From a virus: a DNA stretch of 64,000 bases. The number at the start of each line of letters is the position of its first letter. Within the stretch, counting starts at the first letter, position 1. Positions 16,745-26,289 of this stretch are shown piece after piece. Below the pieces are notes generated by a model. That model had not been told where the DNA came from, made no database searches, and was given only the letters and a program-made list of their open reading frames with translations. Position numbers and translations under genes: made by a program. Location: positions 1 to 64,000 of IMG/VR virus record IMGVR_UViG_3300050343_000285; one strand, given 5' to 3'.

Positions 16745-18202
16745 CTATCCTGTTTGCCCCAACAGCTTCTTAGATCCTACTAGCTGCCTTAATTCTTGAA
16801 TAGCTCCATCATCAAATTCCATCTCTACCCCATACTCCCTTTTACATATCTCCAATAATTCCTCATCTGAATACCTATCGCCAAAATATTCAACTAACTT
16901 TTCCGCCTCTATTCCCCACCTAGATAGAGCATCTCTTCTGTATAAATCCCCTGACTTTTCTTGAATCATCTTTGGTTTATATAGACTTAAATGAAATCTC
17001 ATTGCTCTAATCGTTCCTAACTTATATGAAGTTCCTAACTTTTGATTAACTAGTATCGCTAGGTCCTCATCTGAATATTCTTCATAATTATCTCTAATAA
17101 CACTCATGGCCCCTGTTTTGTCGCAATTTTTGATTCTTTTTCTATTTTTATTGATTGATTTGCCTTTAATTTTTCTTTTCATATTGCTTACTTGACGAGG
17201 TGTTAACTTTAAATCAAATTTCTTATTCAAAGCTTCTGCTATTTTAATATTCTTTTTCCCATACCTCTCCTCACACTCCTGTACAAATTCCTGTATATCT
17301 TTTCTTTTCCATAAACCTGGTCTCATAGCTCTTTTGTTATTATATATATCAGGATACTTTTTCCTTAACCCTAATTTCTTTTCCCAGCTATATACTGCTG
17401 TAGACACACTCTTATATTTCCTTTGGCAATTTCTTTTCCATCCATATAATTCAGTCAACTTATCTGCATCTCCCTCTAACCTTACCCAATCGTTTTCGAA
17501 TCTTCTTGGAAAATCCCCTCTTTTATCAATACTATTTTCACTATGAGTACCAGCTTTTAAATGATCTGGATTATAACAGCATTTATTATTACATAAATGA
17601 CGTACCAATTCTGGGTATTCTCCATATTTTTCCCAATAAGCTACTCTATGCTTAGTTAAATGTTTTACTTCACCATTTATCCGTATTTGCACCTTACCAT
17701 ATCCTGATCGCTGAATAGCATTACTTTCTTTACAAGGTGTTGCATTATAAAAGTTTTTATTGCTATAACTAAAATTATTCTTATATGCCTTACTCTTGAT
17801 AGCTTTTTCTAACCATGGTTTAATTTTGTCCACACTAATTGCCACCCACTTATTTAATAAATTATCTTTCGCCCACTTATGCTGATACTCTCTTTCTTTT
17901 GACAAAATTTCATCTTCGCTAAAACGCTCTAGTATAACAAAATTCATTTGATATTTAGGATCGTTATAACACTCTAGTAATTTACTTGAAGTTTTATAGC
18001 TAGTATTCTTTATATCTCTTAGATGCTGTTGACATCTATATATAATATCCATACTACTACCAACATAAATTTTAACACTTTTAACATTCTTCTTATTAAA
18101 AACAATACCATACACTCCACAGACCTTTTCCCTTGATCCTAAATGTACTTTTTCAAACTTTTCTACTTGGTCTTGAGTTAGTCTTTTTTGTTTTTGGCTC
18201 AT
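16745..18202 (-). CDS. free-standing endonuclease: GIY-YIG domain + HNH (His-Cys zinc-loop) domain + C-terminal HTH-like region
   Basis: GVYGIVF...IYVGSS...YRCQQH...ILE; GYGK...HRVAY...VRHLCNNKCCYNPDHLKAGTHSEN. Confidence 0.8.
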   Translation of the reverse strand: MSQKQKRLTQDQVEKFEKVHLGSREKVCGVYGIVFNKKNVKSVKIYVGSSMDIIYRCQQHLRDIKNTSYKTSSKLLECYNDPKYQMNFVILERFSEDEILSKEREYQHKWAKDNLLNKWVAISVDKIKPWLEKAIKSKAYKNNFSYSNKNFYNATPCKESNAIQRSGYGKVQIRINGEVKHLTKHRVAYWEKYGEYPELVRHLCNNKCCYNPDHLKAGTHSENSIDKRGDFPRRFENDWVRLEGDADKLTELYGWKRNCQRKYKSVSTAVYSWEKKLGLRKKYPDIYNNKRAMRPGLWKRKDIQEFVQECEERYGKKNIKIAEALNKKFDLKLTPRQVSNMKRKIKGKSINKNRKRIKNCDKTGAMSVIRDNYEEYSDEDLAILVNQKLGTSYKLGTIRAMRFHLSLYKPKMIQEKSGDLYRRDALSRWGIEAEKLVEYFGDRYSDEELLEICKREYGVEMEFDDGAIQELRQLVGSKKLLGQTG

Positions 18203-18326
18203 ACCCAGTATCTCCTTTACTCCTGTATAAATACTATCCTTATAGTAACTAGTTTTATTATTTTTTTAATATCTTGGTGTATAATCTTAATATTGTAAGA
18301 TCAGCATTCTAATAAGGTATATAATA

Positions 18327-19673
18327 ATGGCTAATAATATAAGATTTAATTTTGGATCTAAAATGTGGGGCAAATTTCGCAAGGGAAATAATGACTCAAT
18401 AATGGATTATAAAGATACTACCTTAAACAAAAAAACACTTGACTATAAAAGTACAGATTATTTATTAGAAAGCAAAGATGCTAAAGTTATAGGCAATATG
18501 GATATTGATAGTAGTAAAAATTTTGCTATAGGAGGTAGAGTAGGGCAGGGTGATCGTGAACGTAGACTTGCTATAAAAAATGAGGAACTTAGTTATGATT
18601 TACAAGATAATTTAGACCCTTATACTTATCTTGGTAATAATAAAGTAGATAATGATGTTTTATTAATACTTAACTCACCGCATGATCCCGATCCTGCTGG
18701 TAAAACAATATTCAGTGGCGATCACTATACCACTTATCCAAATGATTATCCGCCACAAAACACGCCTTGTAATTGGTGCAGAATTCCAGATCCTGATAAT
18801 CCAGGTAAGTGTATATCTTATGAAAAGATGTATCCTTGTGCGAGATGCGATCCAAAAATGAAGCAATTCACGATCGAAGTAACGTATGATGCTAATAGTA
18901 TTAATAAGACATTGGCAGGAAAAACATTTACGCGTAGGGTTACGGTTGCTACCGGAGAAGAAATTAAACCTTCTCGTGCTTGCGAAAAATTTCAGCAAGA
19001 TTGCAAAAATTGTGTTACCTTTAATACTGGCAATGGAGTTGTTGAATGTGTCGGACAACCGCGAGCCAAAAACACACCATGCGATGAATGTATTGATGGG
19101 ACATACGAAGGTTGCGAAAGGCATGGTGCCTATACATGCGTAAACGGTGAATGTAAGCCTGATGATTGTGGTGGTGAGGTTTGTGATGAAACACAGTGCA
19201 TGTCATGTGAGAGTAAGAATCCGAAAAATCCAAAGCTGGGTAAACATTGTGTATTTCAATGTAAAGGATCAACTCCTGATTGCTTAGAAGTATTTACAGG
19301 CATGGGTCAGCCTAGACAATATGGTTGCGGTTGCGCAGTTGCGATGAATGGATGTCAAGATCCTGCTAAGCCTGACTTAGATACGGACTCTTGTAGCTGC
19401 CGTTGCGATGCAGAGGTAACTTTGATTGTCCCGTTGGGAAAAACACAAGCCCAGATATGCAATGAAGATACTAATAAACATTGGGATGGTGCGACATGTA
19501 GTTGCGTAACTCAGTGTGATCCACCATGTGAAGCTCCTGAAGTATGCGCTCAAGTTGAACCGGGCGTGTATTCGTGTATGTGTCCCGGAGAACCTGCTGG
19601 AGCTAGTAGTTTAAGCTCTAGTGTATGTTCTAATTATAGTCTCACTGAACTACCTTACTCGTTATTGCCTTAG
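18327..19673 (+). CDS. Cys-rich protein (448 aa), putative virion appendage
   Basis: Dense Cys in the C-terminal two thirds, including CSCRC; ends YSLTELPYSLLP. Confidence 0.75.
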   Translation: MANNIRFNFGSKMWGKFRKGNNDSIMDYKDTTLNKKTLDYKSTDYLLESKDAKVIGNMDIDSSKNFAIGGRVGQGDRERRLAIKNEELSYDLQDNLDPYTYLGNNKVDNDVLLILNSPHDPDPAGKTIFSGDHYTTYPNDYPPQNTPCNWCRIPDPDNPGKCISYEKMYPCARCDPKMKQFTIEVTYDANSINKTLAGKTFTRRVTVATGEEIKPSRACEKFQQDCKNCVTFNTGNGVVECVGQPRAKNTPCDECIDGTYEGCERHGAYTCVNGECKPDDCGGEVCDETQCMSCESKNPKNPKLGKHCVFQCKGSTPDCLEVFTGMGQPRQYGCGCAVAMNGCQDPAKPDLDTDSCSCRCDAEVTLIVPLGKTQAQICNEDTNKHWDGATCSCVTQCDPPCEAPEVCAQVEPGVYSCMCPGEPAGASSLSSSVCSNYSLTELPYSLLP

Positions 19674-19694
19674 TATTAATAAGTAGGAAGCTTC

Positions 19695-20528
19695 ATGTCA
19701 TATATTATCTATGGTTCTAGAATAGTTTCTCAGGTGTCTGTTAACAAGATACCTGAGGAGCCTATTATTAGCAACGACCCTAATGTTAAAGGGGTTAAGG
19801 GAAACGAACTATCTTCAGGCCACTCTAAAGAGACAGGTTCTATTGTGGGTCTGACAGCTGCTGCTGGAGCTTTACTAGGTTTTGCTAATATATCTAGTAT
19901 AGGAGGTCCGGGCACTTACACACCAGAATGTGAAGGCTTTGATGAACACCCTGATAATATGTGTGTAATTTGTTATAATGGTAGATGGACTCATTATGAT
20001 GAATTATATCCTTGCAGTCTGCATGCAGAAGGTACAAGGCCTTTTAATCTCATACCAGCTTGCTATGAGATAGATAATGCTGGTTGCCAAATTTGTGGTC
20101 CTTGTTTTCAGTGTAATTCTGATGGTGAGGGTAATTACAGTTGTGATGAGAGAGCAGTCTTCGATTCACTTACTGAGGAATGTTTAGAATGTCATAATAG
20201 TACTGAGTATTGTGGAAGTGCTCTTAGTCCTTATAGGTTTTTGTGTGAGGGTCAGGGTGAGATACCATTTTGTTGCAGTGGTACATGTATAGATGCTGCA
20301 AAAGAATGTTATTATTATCATGGAACATTTCCAAATGTTACTTGTGGCGTAGGATGTAAACCTTTTACTTGTGAAGTATGTGTAAATGGTTTCTGCACGT
20401 TTACTTGTGGAGAGTGTCAAAAATGTGATACAGGAGTTTGTGTACATGATAGTGACGCATATGATAATCAAGGAGAGCCATGTGGGAATTATGCTCAAAG
20501 TTTAATAAATGGTAAAATTATTCCATAA
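19695..20528 (+). CDS. Cys-rich protein (277 aa)
   Basis: Repeated CxxC...C units; ends YAQSLINGKIIP. Confidence 0.75.
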   Translation: MSYIIYGSRIVSQVSVNKIPEEPIISNDPNVKGVKGNELSSGHSKETGSIVGLTAAAGALLGFANISSIGGPGTYTPECEGFDEHPDNMCVICYNGRWTHYDELYPCSLHAEGTRPFNLIPACYEIDNAGCQICGPCFQCNSDGEGNYSCDERAVFDSLTEECLECHNSTEYCGSALSPYRFLCEGQGEIPFCCSGTCIDAAKECYYYHGTFPNVTCGVGCKPFTCEVCVNGFCTFTCGECQKCDTGVCVHDSDAYDNQGEPCGNYAQSLINGKIIP

Positions 20529-20609
20529 ATCCTTGACATACTTGTTTTGACCGTTATTATATTATAACGCGTTTGTTATTAATTCCCTATAGGATAAAGG
20601 AAATATTAC

Positions 20610-21212
20610 ATGAAATTAAATGAAAAAATTAGTATTCAGCCTCCTCCATATTCTGATAATGTAGGTAATGTTACTACCCCAGAAGCTATTGTGACAGATA
20701 CTCTAGCCCTTATTTTTGAAGACGATCCTCAGCGTAAGACGGTAAGTTGTAGGGTTCTAGATATTCCTGTTCCTGTTACTTTATACACCGGTGAAGCTTA
20801 CGATAAAGCAGGTGATTGGACTAAAGCCCAGCTAGAAGATCGATTAAAATCTTTAATGGGGGATAATCCAGCTAAGTTTTTACGAACATTTTTTCCTAAA
20901 ACTATGGAAGAGGATCCTCATGGACCGGGTACTCAATTAGCTAAGATGATTAAAACTCTAGGTATGCATATGAGTGATAGTTGTTCTTGCAGACGTCATG
21001 CCATCAAAATGAATGCTGAAGGAAACGATTGGTGTGAGCAGAACATTGACACTGTTGTTGGATGGATTGAGCAAGAAGCCAAAAATAGAGGATTACCATT
21101 CGTTAAAATGGTTGGTAAAGTAATGATTAATAGGGCTATTAAAAAGTCTAGAAAATTACTAGCTAATCAGCCAGTTCCAGAAAATGATGAAGATCTAGAT
21201 AACGAAGATTAA
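20610..21212 (+). CDS. hypothetical protein with GPGT...CSC...MN...WC...EAKNRGLPF C-terminal domain
   Basis: AAGGA SD; sigma70-like promoter at 20533-20560. Confidence 0.75.
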   Translation: MKLNEKISIQPPPYSDNVGNVTTPEAIVTDTLALIFEDDPQRKTVSCRVLDIPVPVTLYTGEAYDKAGDWTKAQLEDRLKSLMGDNPAKFLRTFFPKTMEEDPHGPGTQLAKMIKTLGMHMSDSCSCRRHAIKMNAEGNDWCEQNIDTVVGWIEQEAKNRGLPFVKMVGKVMINRAIKKSRKLLANQPVPENDEDLDNED

Positions 21213-21244
21213 TCTATTTTACATAAATAGAGAGATATTTTTTG

Positions 21245-21271
21245 AAGCACCTGAGAAATCGGGTGCTTTTT
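21245..21271 (+). terminator. intrinsic terminator
   Basis: AAGCACCTGA-GAAA-TCGGGTGCTT-TTT. Confidence 0.8.
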
Positions 21272-21328
21272 GTGTATATAATTATATAGCATTTGATATG
21301 TAAACGATAAAAATACAAGGGTATCACG

Positions 21329-22621
21329 ATGGCATGTTTTGAAGATGAAGCTCCAGAAGAAGAAGCACCTAAAATACCTGAATATGAAGGTAGCTTTGAG
21401 AAAAAGGAACGTATAAAAAAAGCACTTACAGGAGATATATGTTTTGCTTATGATGATGAAGCACTAGTTCAAGATGCTACAGACCCCTGTTCTTCAGAAC
21501 TTATATTTACGAAGGTAACTAATCCTGGTGAATATTCAATGAATGATGTATCGTTTTATGACAAAGCTGCTGGCGTAAAAGTTACTTCAAGATGGCAGAC
21601 AGCATCGACAAGAAAATTCGCTGTGTCATATCCTTGTAAAGCTTGTGCCAAAGGAACCGATTATGATAATCGAGCAATTGATAGATGGAAAAAAGGACTA
21701 CCTAATTCAGCATATCATCAATGCCATCGTGGCGAAGGCGAATCGGCTTATTGGGATATTTGTTGTATACAAAATCAAATACTTACAGAAGATATGAGAG
21801 GTGAAGGAATATGTGGTTATAATTCTACAGACCCTATAACATTTGATTGGGCTTGGACAAATTATAAGGGAGGTACGCCTCCACATTGCCCTGGTAGAGG
21901 AGGGGTTACTTTTATTGCTAAAACAAGGCCGAGAGTTCTATGTAAAGTAACTGCTAAGGCTTGTGTAGGCACCAAAAATGGAATTGTATGTGCGGACGGC
22001 ATAGGTAGATCTTCTAAGGCTTTCGGTGATGGAGCAGAAGCATATGGTCCGTTAGAGGGTGTAATTGAGACTGCCCCGGCAAGTGGTCCACACACATATA
22101 ATCCACAGTGTCTAGAGCTTTCAAAGCAAGATGCAGATCGACCATGTACAGGACTCGGCTTTAATAGTCGAGGAGGCTGCTATCCGTGTCCTTGGTACAA
22201 ATCTACTAAATCATGTGGATTTGGTTTTTATGAATGCAGTGCTTGGGCCCGTGTGGGCAGCGCTATGCCTGACATTCGCTGTAAGCATAATGGATTAAGT
22301 ACTTCTCCTAATTCCAGCCTTTCGTTAAAAACACTCGGAGACTTTGCTGATAAAAGTATGTTTAATGCTTTCGACATATCTTGGTGTCAAAAAGCGCAAC
22401 CAAGGAACAGTGCATTACCTTGCGCACCTGATCCTACTGTAGGTGCGATGGGGGCTTATTGTCTTACTTTAGCTGGAGCGATGAAATCAGCTGATTGGGG
22501 AGCCATAATAGACAGCGCTTATAGTCTTGCCAAGGCTGACGCTGAGAGCAAAATTTCGGGGGGATGTGACGGAAGTCCTGTCGCTACCTCTCTTGTTAGC
22601 GTAGAACTGACTTTCAAATAA
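21329..22621 (+). CDS. Cys-rich hypothetical protein (430 aa)
   Basis: Long ORF, scattered Cys; late motif at 21272. Confidence 0.75.
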   Translation: MACFEDEAPEEEAPKIPEYEGSFEKKERIKKALTGDICFAYDDEALVQDATDPCSSELIFTKVTNPGEYSMNDVSFYDKAAGVKVTSRWQTASTRKFAVSYPCKACAKGTDYDNRAIDRWKKGLPNSAYHQCHRGEGESAYWDICCIQNQILTEDMRGEGICGYNSTDPITFDWAWTNYKGGTPPHCPGRGGVTFIAKTRPRVLCKVTAKACVGTKNGIVCADGIGRSSKAFGDGAEAYGPLEGVIETAPASGPHTYNPQCLELSKQDADRPCTGLGFNSRGGCYPCPWYKSTKSCGFGFYECSAWARVGSAMPDIRCKHNGLSTSPNSSLSLKTLGDFADKSMFNAFDISWCQKAQPRNSALPCAPDPTVGAMGAYCLTLAGAMKSADWGAIIDSAYSLAKADAESKISGGCDGSPVATSLVSVELTFK

Positions 22622-22667
22622 ACGGTACAGACGTAACATTATAAGAATAATATTGAAGAGAGAATAA

Positions 22668-24062
22668 ATGATATATAATAAATTTAAAGAATCAAAAAAG
22701 AAAAAAATTACTCTTCCTATTAGAGATATATATTCTCATCAAGTTAGTAATTTAACTTACAAAGGTCTTGGAGATGGTACTACGATACAATTATCTTCTA
22801 ATATTACAAATATACCTGCTACATCTTCTTTGAAGTTTGATCAAACCGGAGGCGAAGAACCTGCTGTTGATGGAGTATTTTCAATAAACAGTAATACGTC
22901 TCAAATCTTAGATTTTTCTGATGGTAATTTAGATATAAGCAGTACCAATGTTTATCATATTATCAATTTAGCTCCTAATGTTTTTGACTCTATTGATGGT
23001 GCTTACATTCCTGGCGTTGTTAGATATACAGTTACCGCTGGTAAATTAACATCTCCTACTATATTACTAAATGGTTCTATGGAGTCTGAAGGAACATTTA
23101 CTGATGACCGAGATATATATAATTATAAACAAAACCATAACAATAAAACTTACCAAGAATATGTAAATGCTAATATTTCAGTTGATTATTTTGTTGAAAG
23201 TCTTGTAGGAACCAATGTTACAGATGCTACTATTATTATAAGTGGAGAGGGATATAAATTAGGTAGTACTTTCTATATTGATCAGTTTTATAATCTATCA
23301 GATCATATATTAAATCTGCAAACTAATAAATGTGAATTAGACAATTGTAAACTGTGCTTATCTCTCAATACAGTTTCTATTAGTGGTGGCACAGGATATG
23401 TTGTAGGTGATACATTTACAGTTCCTCCTTCACCCGGAGATGATGGTGAGATAACCGTAGCATCTGTAGATAGCAGTGGGGGTATTACTTCTACTACTGT
23501 AAGTAATGTTGGTTCTGGATTTACTTCTACTCCTTCAGTATCATATAATGGTTCTACTGGTAGTTCTGCTACTATTACCATTACTGATGATTATGGCATA
23601 TGTTATAATAATACATATTTTGAAGATGATGAAACTTATATTTCTGAGCTGACTCCGGGCGGAGACATATTATATATTAGTCAGACTATAGACTCTCCTT
23701 ATAGTATTATTACAGCCAGCGGAGAAGCTTATCTAAACGGTACTTATGAGATTAAAGCTAAAGATTCTCTTGGCGCTAATTATAGCATAGATACGCCAGC
23801 AACTGTTAATATTATAACTGAAGACATACCTAATGAAGATGTTATTATCTTTAATGCTGATGATTTTGATCTTGTTGATTTAGCATTAAAAAGTTCTGGT
23901 AATAATTTATCAACATCAAATGTAAAACTAAAATTAATTATCCATACCCCTAATAGCTTTAATATATCTGACGTTTCTTTAGATTTTATCGGGGATTTCG
24001 AAGATATAGACAAACCTGATAATTCTGATTTTACTATTACCGATCAATTTACAAGAGCATAA
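22668..24062 (+). CDS. putative virion structural protein (464 aa) with GxGY beta-repeats
   Basis: ISGEGYKLG, SGGTGYVVGDT, VGSGFTSTPSV motifs typical of phage fibre/baseplate proteins. Confidence 0.7.
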   Translation: MIYNKFKESKKKKITLPIRDIYSHQVSNLTYKGLGDGTTIQLSSNITNIPATSSLKFDQTGGEEPAVDGVFSINSNTSQILDFSDGNLDISSTNVYHIINLAPNVFDSIDGAYIPGVVRYTVTAGKLTSPTILLNGSMESEGTFTDDRDIYNYKQNHNNKTYQEYVNANISVDYFVESLVGTNVTDATIIISGEGYKLGSTFYIDQFYNLSDHILNLQTNKCELDNCKLCLSLNTVSISGGTGYVVGDTFTVPPSPGDDGEITVASVDSSGGITSTTVSNVGSGFTSTPSVSYNGSTGSSATITITDDYGICYNNTYFEDDETYISELTPGGDILYISQTIDSPYSIITASGEAYLNGTYEIKAKDSLGANYSIDTPATVNIITEDIPNEDVIIFNADDFDLVDLALKSSGNNLSTSNVKLKLIIHTPNSFNISDVSLDFIGDFEDIDKPDNSDFTITDQFTRA

Positions 24063-24074
24063 CCGGAGAAAATT

Positions 24075-25223
24075 ATGGTAAAATGTTGCAATGATAGTTG
24101 CTGTCCACCGATTAGTGACTATCTCTATTATCCTCCTAATGAGAAGAACGGTTGGCCAGAATGGGAAGTCGAGATACAGGCAATAGGAGACTATTTGCCG
24201 GGAAATCACAATGGGACATGCTGTCCTTGTCAATGGGATATAGATGGCAATGAATGCCCTGCTGCTACCCCTCATAGGTCTCCAGATGAAATAGTAGAGC
24301 TAACTAGACCTGGTAGTGGTGCGGTATACGAGTTCACCAGAAAGATCTGCGAATGCACTTGCGATCAAGAAAAAATTATGTCAAAAGTTAATTATGACAT
24401 GAGCGGTCCTTGCAATACAAAAGTTCCTTATGGTAAAGATGCGGATGGTAATGATATCTATCAATATAGATGTCCTGATTCTACACCTACTTTTAATAGT
24501 GCTAATTGTAGTTGTGAATGCACAGTTGAATCATGTCCTGCATCAGCTCCTACTTTCGTGAGTGAACTATGCTTGTGTCGTTGTGGCATTAGTCATCAGG
24601 CTTGCGTAGCAGAGACTACAGAAAGTGAAATATGTGCAGCTGACCCAGCAACTCCTGATTTTAATGGAGCTACATGTAGTTGTGTTTGCAATAAAAGTCA
24701 AGCTGATTGTGCCGCAGATGAAACATTTGATGATAGTATATGTGATTGTGTGTGCTCTAAAGTGTGTGATGATCCAGCACTTCCTGATTTAACTGATGAC
24801 TGCGAATGTGTGTGTAATGTTACAGCAGATGATTGTATGGGTAGTGATGAGTATGATAGTGCTACATGTAGTTGTATCCCTTGTAATCTTCATTGTCCTG
24901 GATGTCAGACATATGCTGATGATGCATGCGAATGCGTAGGATGCGAAAAGTGTAATGAAACTCAGTATTGTTTTGGAGATCCTGAAACATGCATTTGTTG
25001 CGGTCCTGGTACAGTAGAGTGCAATGGAGGTTGCGTTAATAATGACTGTGGGGGAGGTAAAACATTTAATTCGAGCTCTTGTCAGTGCGAATGTGATGGT
25101 GATAAAGTATTGTGCAATGAGACATGTTACGATCCTTGTCCAGAAGGAGAAGGCTTTGACCCTGATTGCGAATGTAGCTCTGCTTATGCTGAGTCTCTAT
25201 TGCATTCTTCCCTCTTACCATAA
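24075..25223 (+). CDS. CXCXC-repeat protein (382 aa, 58 Cys by hand count)
   Basis: CECTC, CSCEC, CLCRC, CSCVC, CDCVC, CECVC, CQCEC; ends YAESLLHSSLLP. Confidence 0.8.
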   Translation: MVKCCNDSCCPPISDYLYYPPNEKNGWPEWEVEIQAIGDYLPGNHNGTCCPCQWDIDGNECPAATPHRSPDEIVELTRPGSGAVYEFTRKICECTCDQEKIMSKVNYDMSGPCNTKVPYGKDADGNDIYQYRCPDSTPTFNSANCSCECTVESCPASAPTFVSELCLCRCGISHQACVAETTESEICAADPATPDFNGATCSCVCNKSQADCAADETFDDSICDCVCSKVCDDPALPDLTDDCECVCNVTADDCMGSDEYDSATCSCIPCNLHCPGCQTYADDACECVGCEKCNETQYCFGDPETCICCGPGTVECNGGCVNNDCGGGKTFNSSSCQCECDGDKVLCNETCYDPCPEGEGFDPDCECSSAYAESLLHSSLLP

Positions 25224-25232
25224 TTTTATATT

Positions 25233-25436
25233 CTATGGGGTGGGATGATTTTTCTTCCTACCTCTGTTTTTTACTATTTTTAATTTTCGTCTTTGTGCTC
25301 GCACCATATCTGTGGATATTTGATATCCTGTAATTTTGGAAAGTGTCATAGCTACAGTATTATCTGGCATATTAGGTCCATTATTTTTAATAAATTCAAT
25401 ATCTTCTTCTCTCCACTTTTTATATTTCTTAGACAT
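25233..25436 (-). CDS. small HTH/SANT-like DNA-binding protein
   Basis: KWREEDIEFI...LSKITG...VRAQRRKLKI pattern; divergent from the sigma gene. Confidence 0.6.
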   Translation of the reverse strand: MSKKYKKWREEDIEFIKNNGPNMPDNTVAMTLSKITGYQISTDMVRAQRRKLKIVKNRGRKKNHPTP

Positions 25437-25629
25437 ATTAAATCCTATACTTTACTTGGTGTAATTATATCGTATAATAGTATATTAATCCTTTTGAGAA
25501 AATGGTCAATCATGAAAAATAAAAAATACCGTAATGTAGCTCATTCTACCATTAAAGTCATTGCTTCTGAGAATATCGATATATCTCATGATCTTAATAA
25601 TAATGAGCATAAAAGTATAGCACAATTAT

Positions 25630-26289
25630 ATGAGGAAGAAAATTCCAAAGAAGAAAATCCTACAGAAGAAAACATCAAAAAAAACGAATCAGAAGAATGA
25701 AGTAGTATCAGAAGAAGAGTTTTTAGCTGTTTTAGAAAACATAAGTAAAAGACTATGCTATAAATTTAAATTTGCATATCATGATATTAATGATATGAAG
25801 CAACAAGCTGCTATTTTTGCTATAGAAGGCTTAGAAAAATATGATTACTCTAGACCATTAGAGAACTTTTTATGGACACATGTTAGGAATAGATTATTTA
25901 ATTATAAGCGAGATAACTATCAAAGGCCGGATAAGCCATGTTTAACATGTCCTTTATATAACATTAATTCATCAGATGGTAATGACTGTAATGAATTTAA
26001 TGATAAGTTTAATTGCCACGCTTATAGATCTTGGTTTCAACGTAATAATAATAAAAAAGGTATTATTCAACCATCTTACATAGATAAGATAGATCCAGCT
26101 AGTAACCAAGATTTTGTTGACAATATATCTGATCAGCAATTAATAGATTTTATAGAAGAAAATTTACCAGTTAAATATAGAAGCACCTACCTTAAGTTAA
26201 AATATGGTCAAAAGGTAGTTAAAAATGAAAAAGTGAAATTGCAGAATTTTATTAAAAAGAAACTCATACCTAAGTATAAAAATGAATAA
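25630..26289 (+). CDS. phage RNA polymerase sigma factor (sigma70 region 2) with Cys insert
   Basis: DINDMKQQAAIFAIEGLEKYDYSRPLENFLWTHVRNRLFNYKRD; CLTC...C...C. Confidence 0.75.
   Translation: MRKKIPKKKILQKKTSKKTNQKNEVVSEEEFLAVLENISKRLCYKFKFAYHDINDMKQQAAIFAIEGLEKYDYSRPLENFLWTHVRNRLFNYKRDNYQRPDKPCLTCPLYNINSSDGNDCNEFNDKFNCHAYRSWFQRNNNKKGIIQPSYIDKIDPASNQDFVDNISDQQLIDFIEENLPVKYRSTYLKLKYGQKVVKNEKVKLQNFIKKKLIPKYKNE

Noticed and set aside
18327-25223. Eukaryotic contamination or a diversity-generating retroelement target
   Set aside because: Genes are intron-free with SD sites, phage promoter motifs and similar AT content; no template/variable repeat pair or reverse transcriptase was noticed
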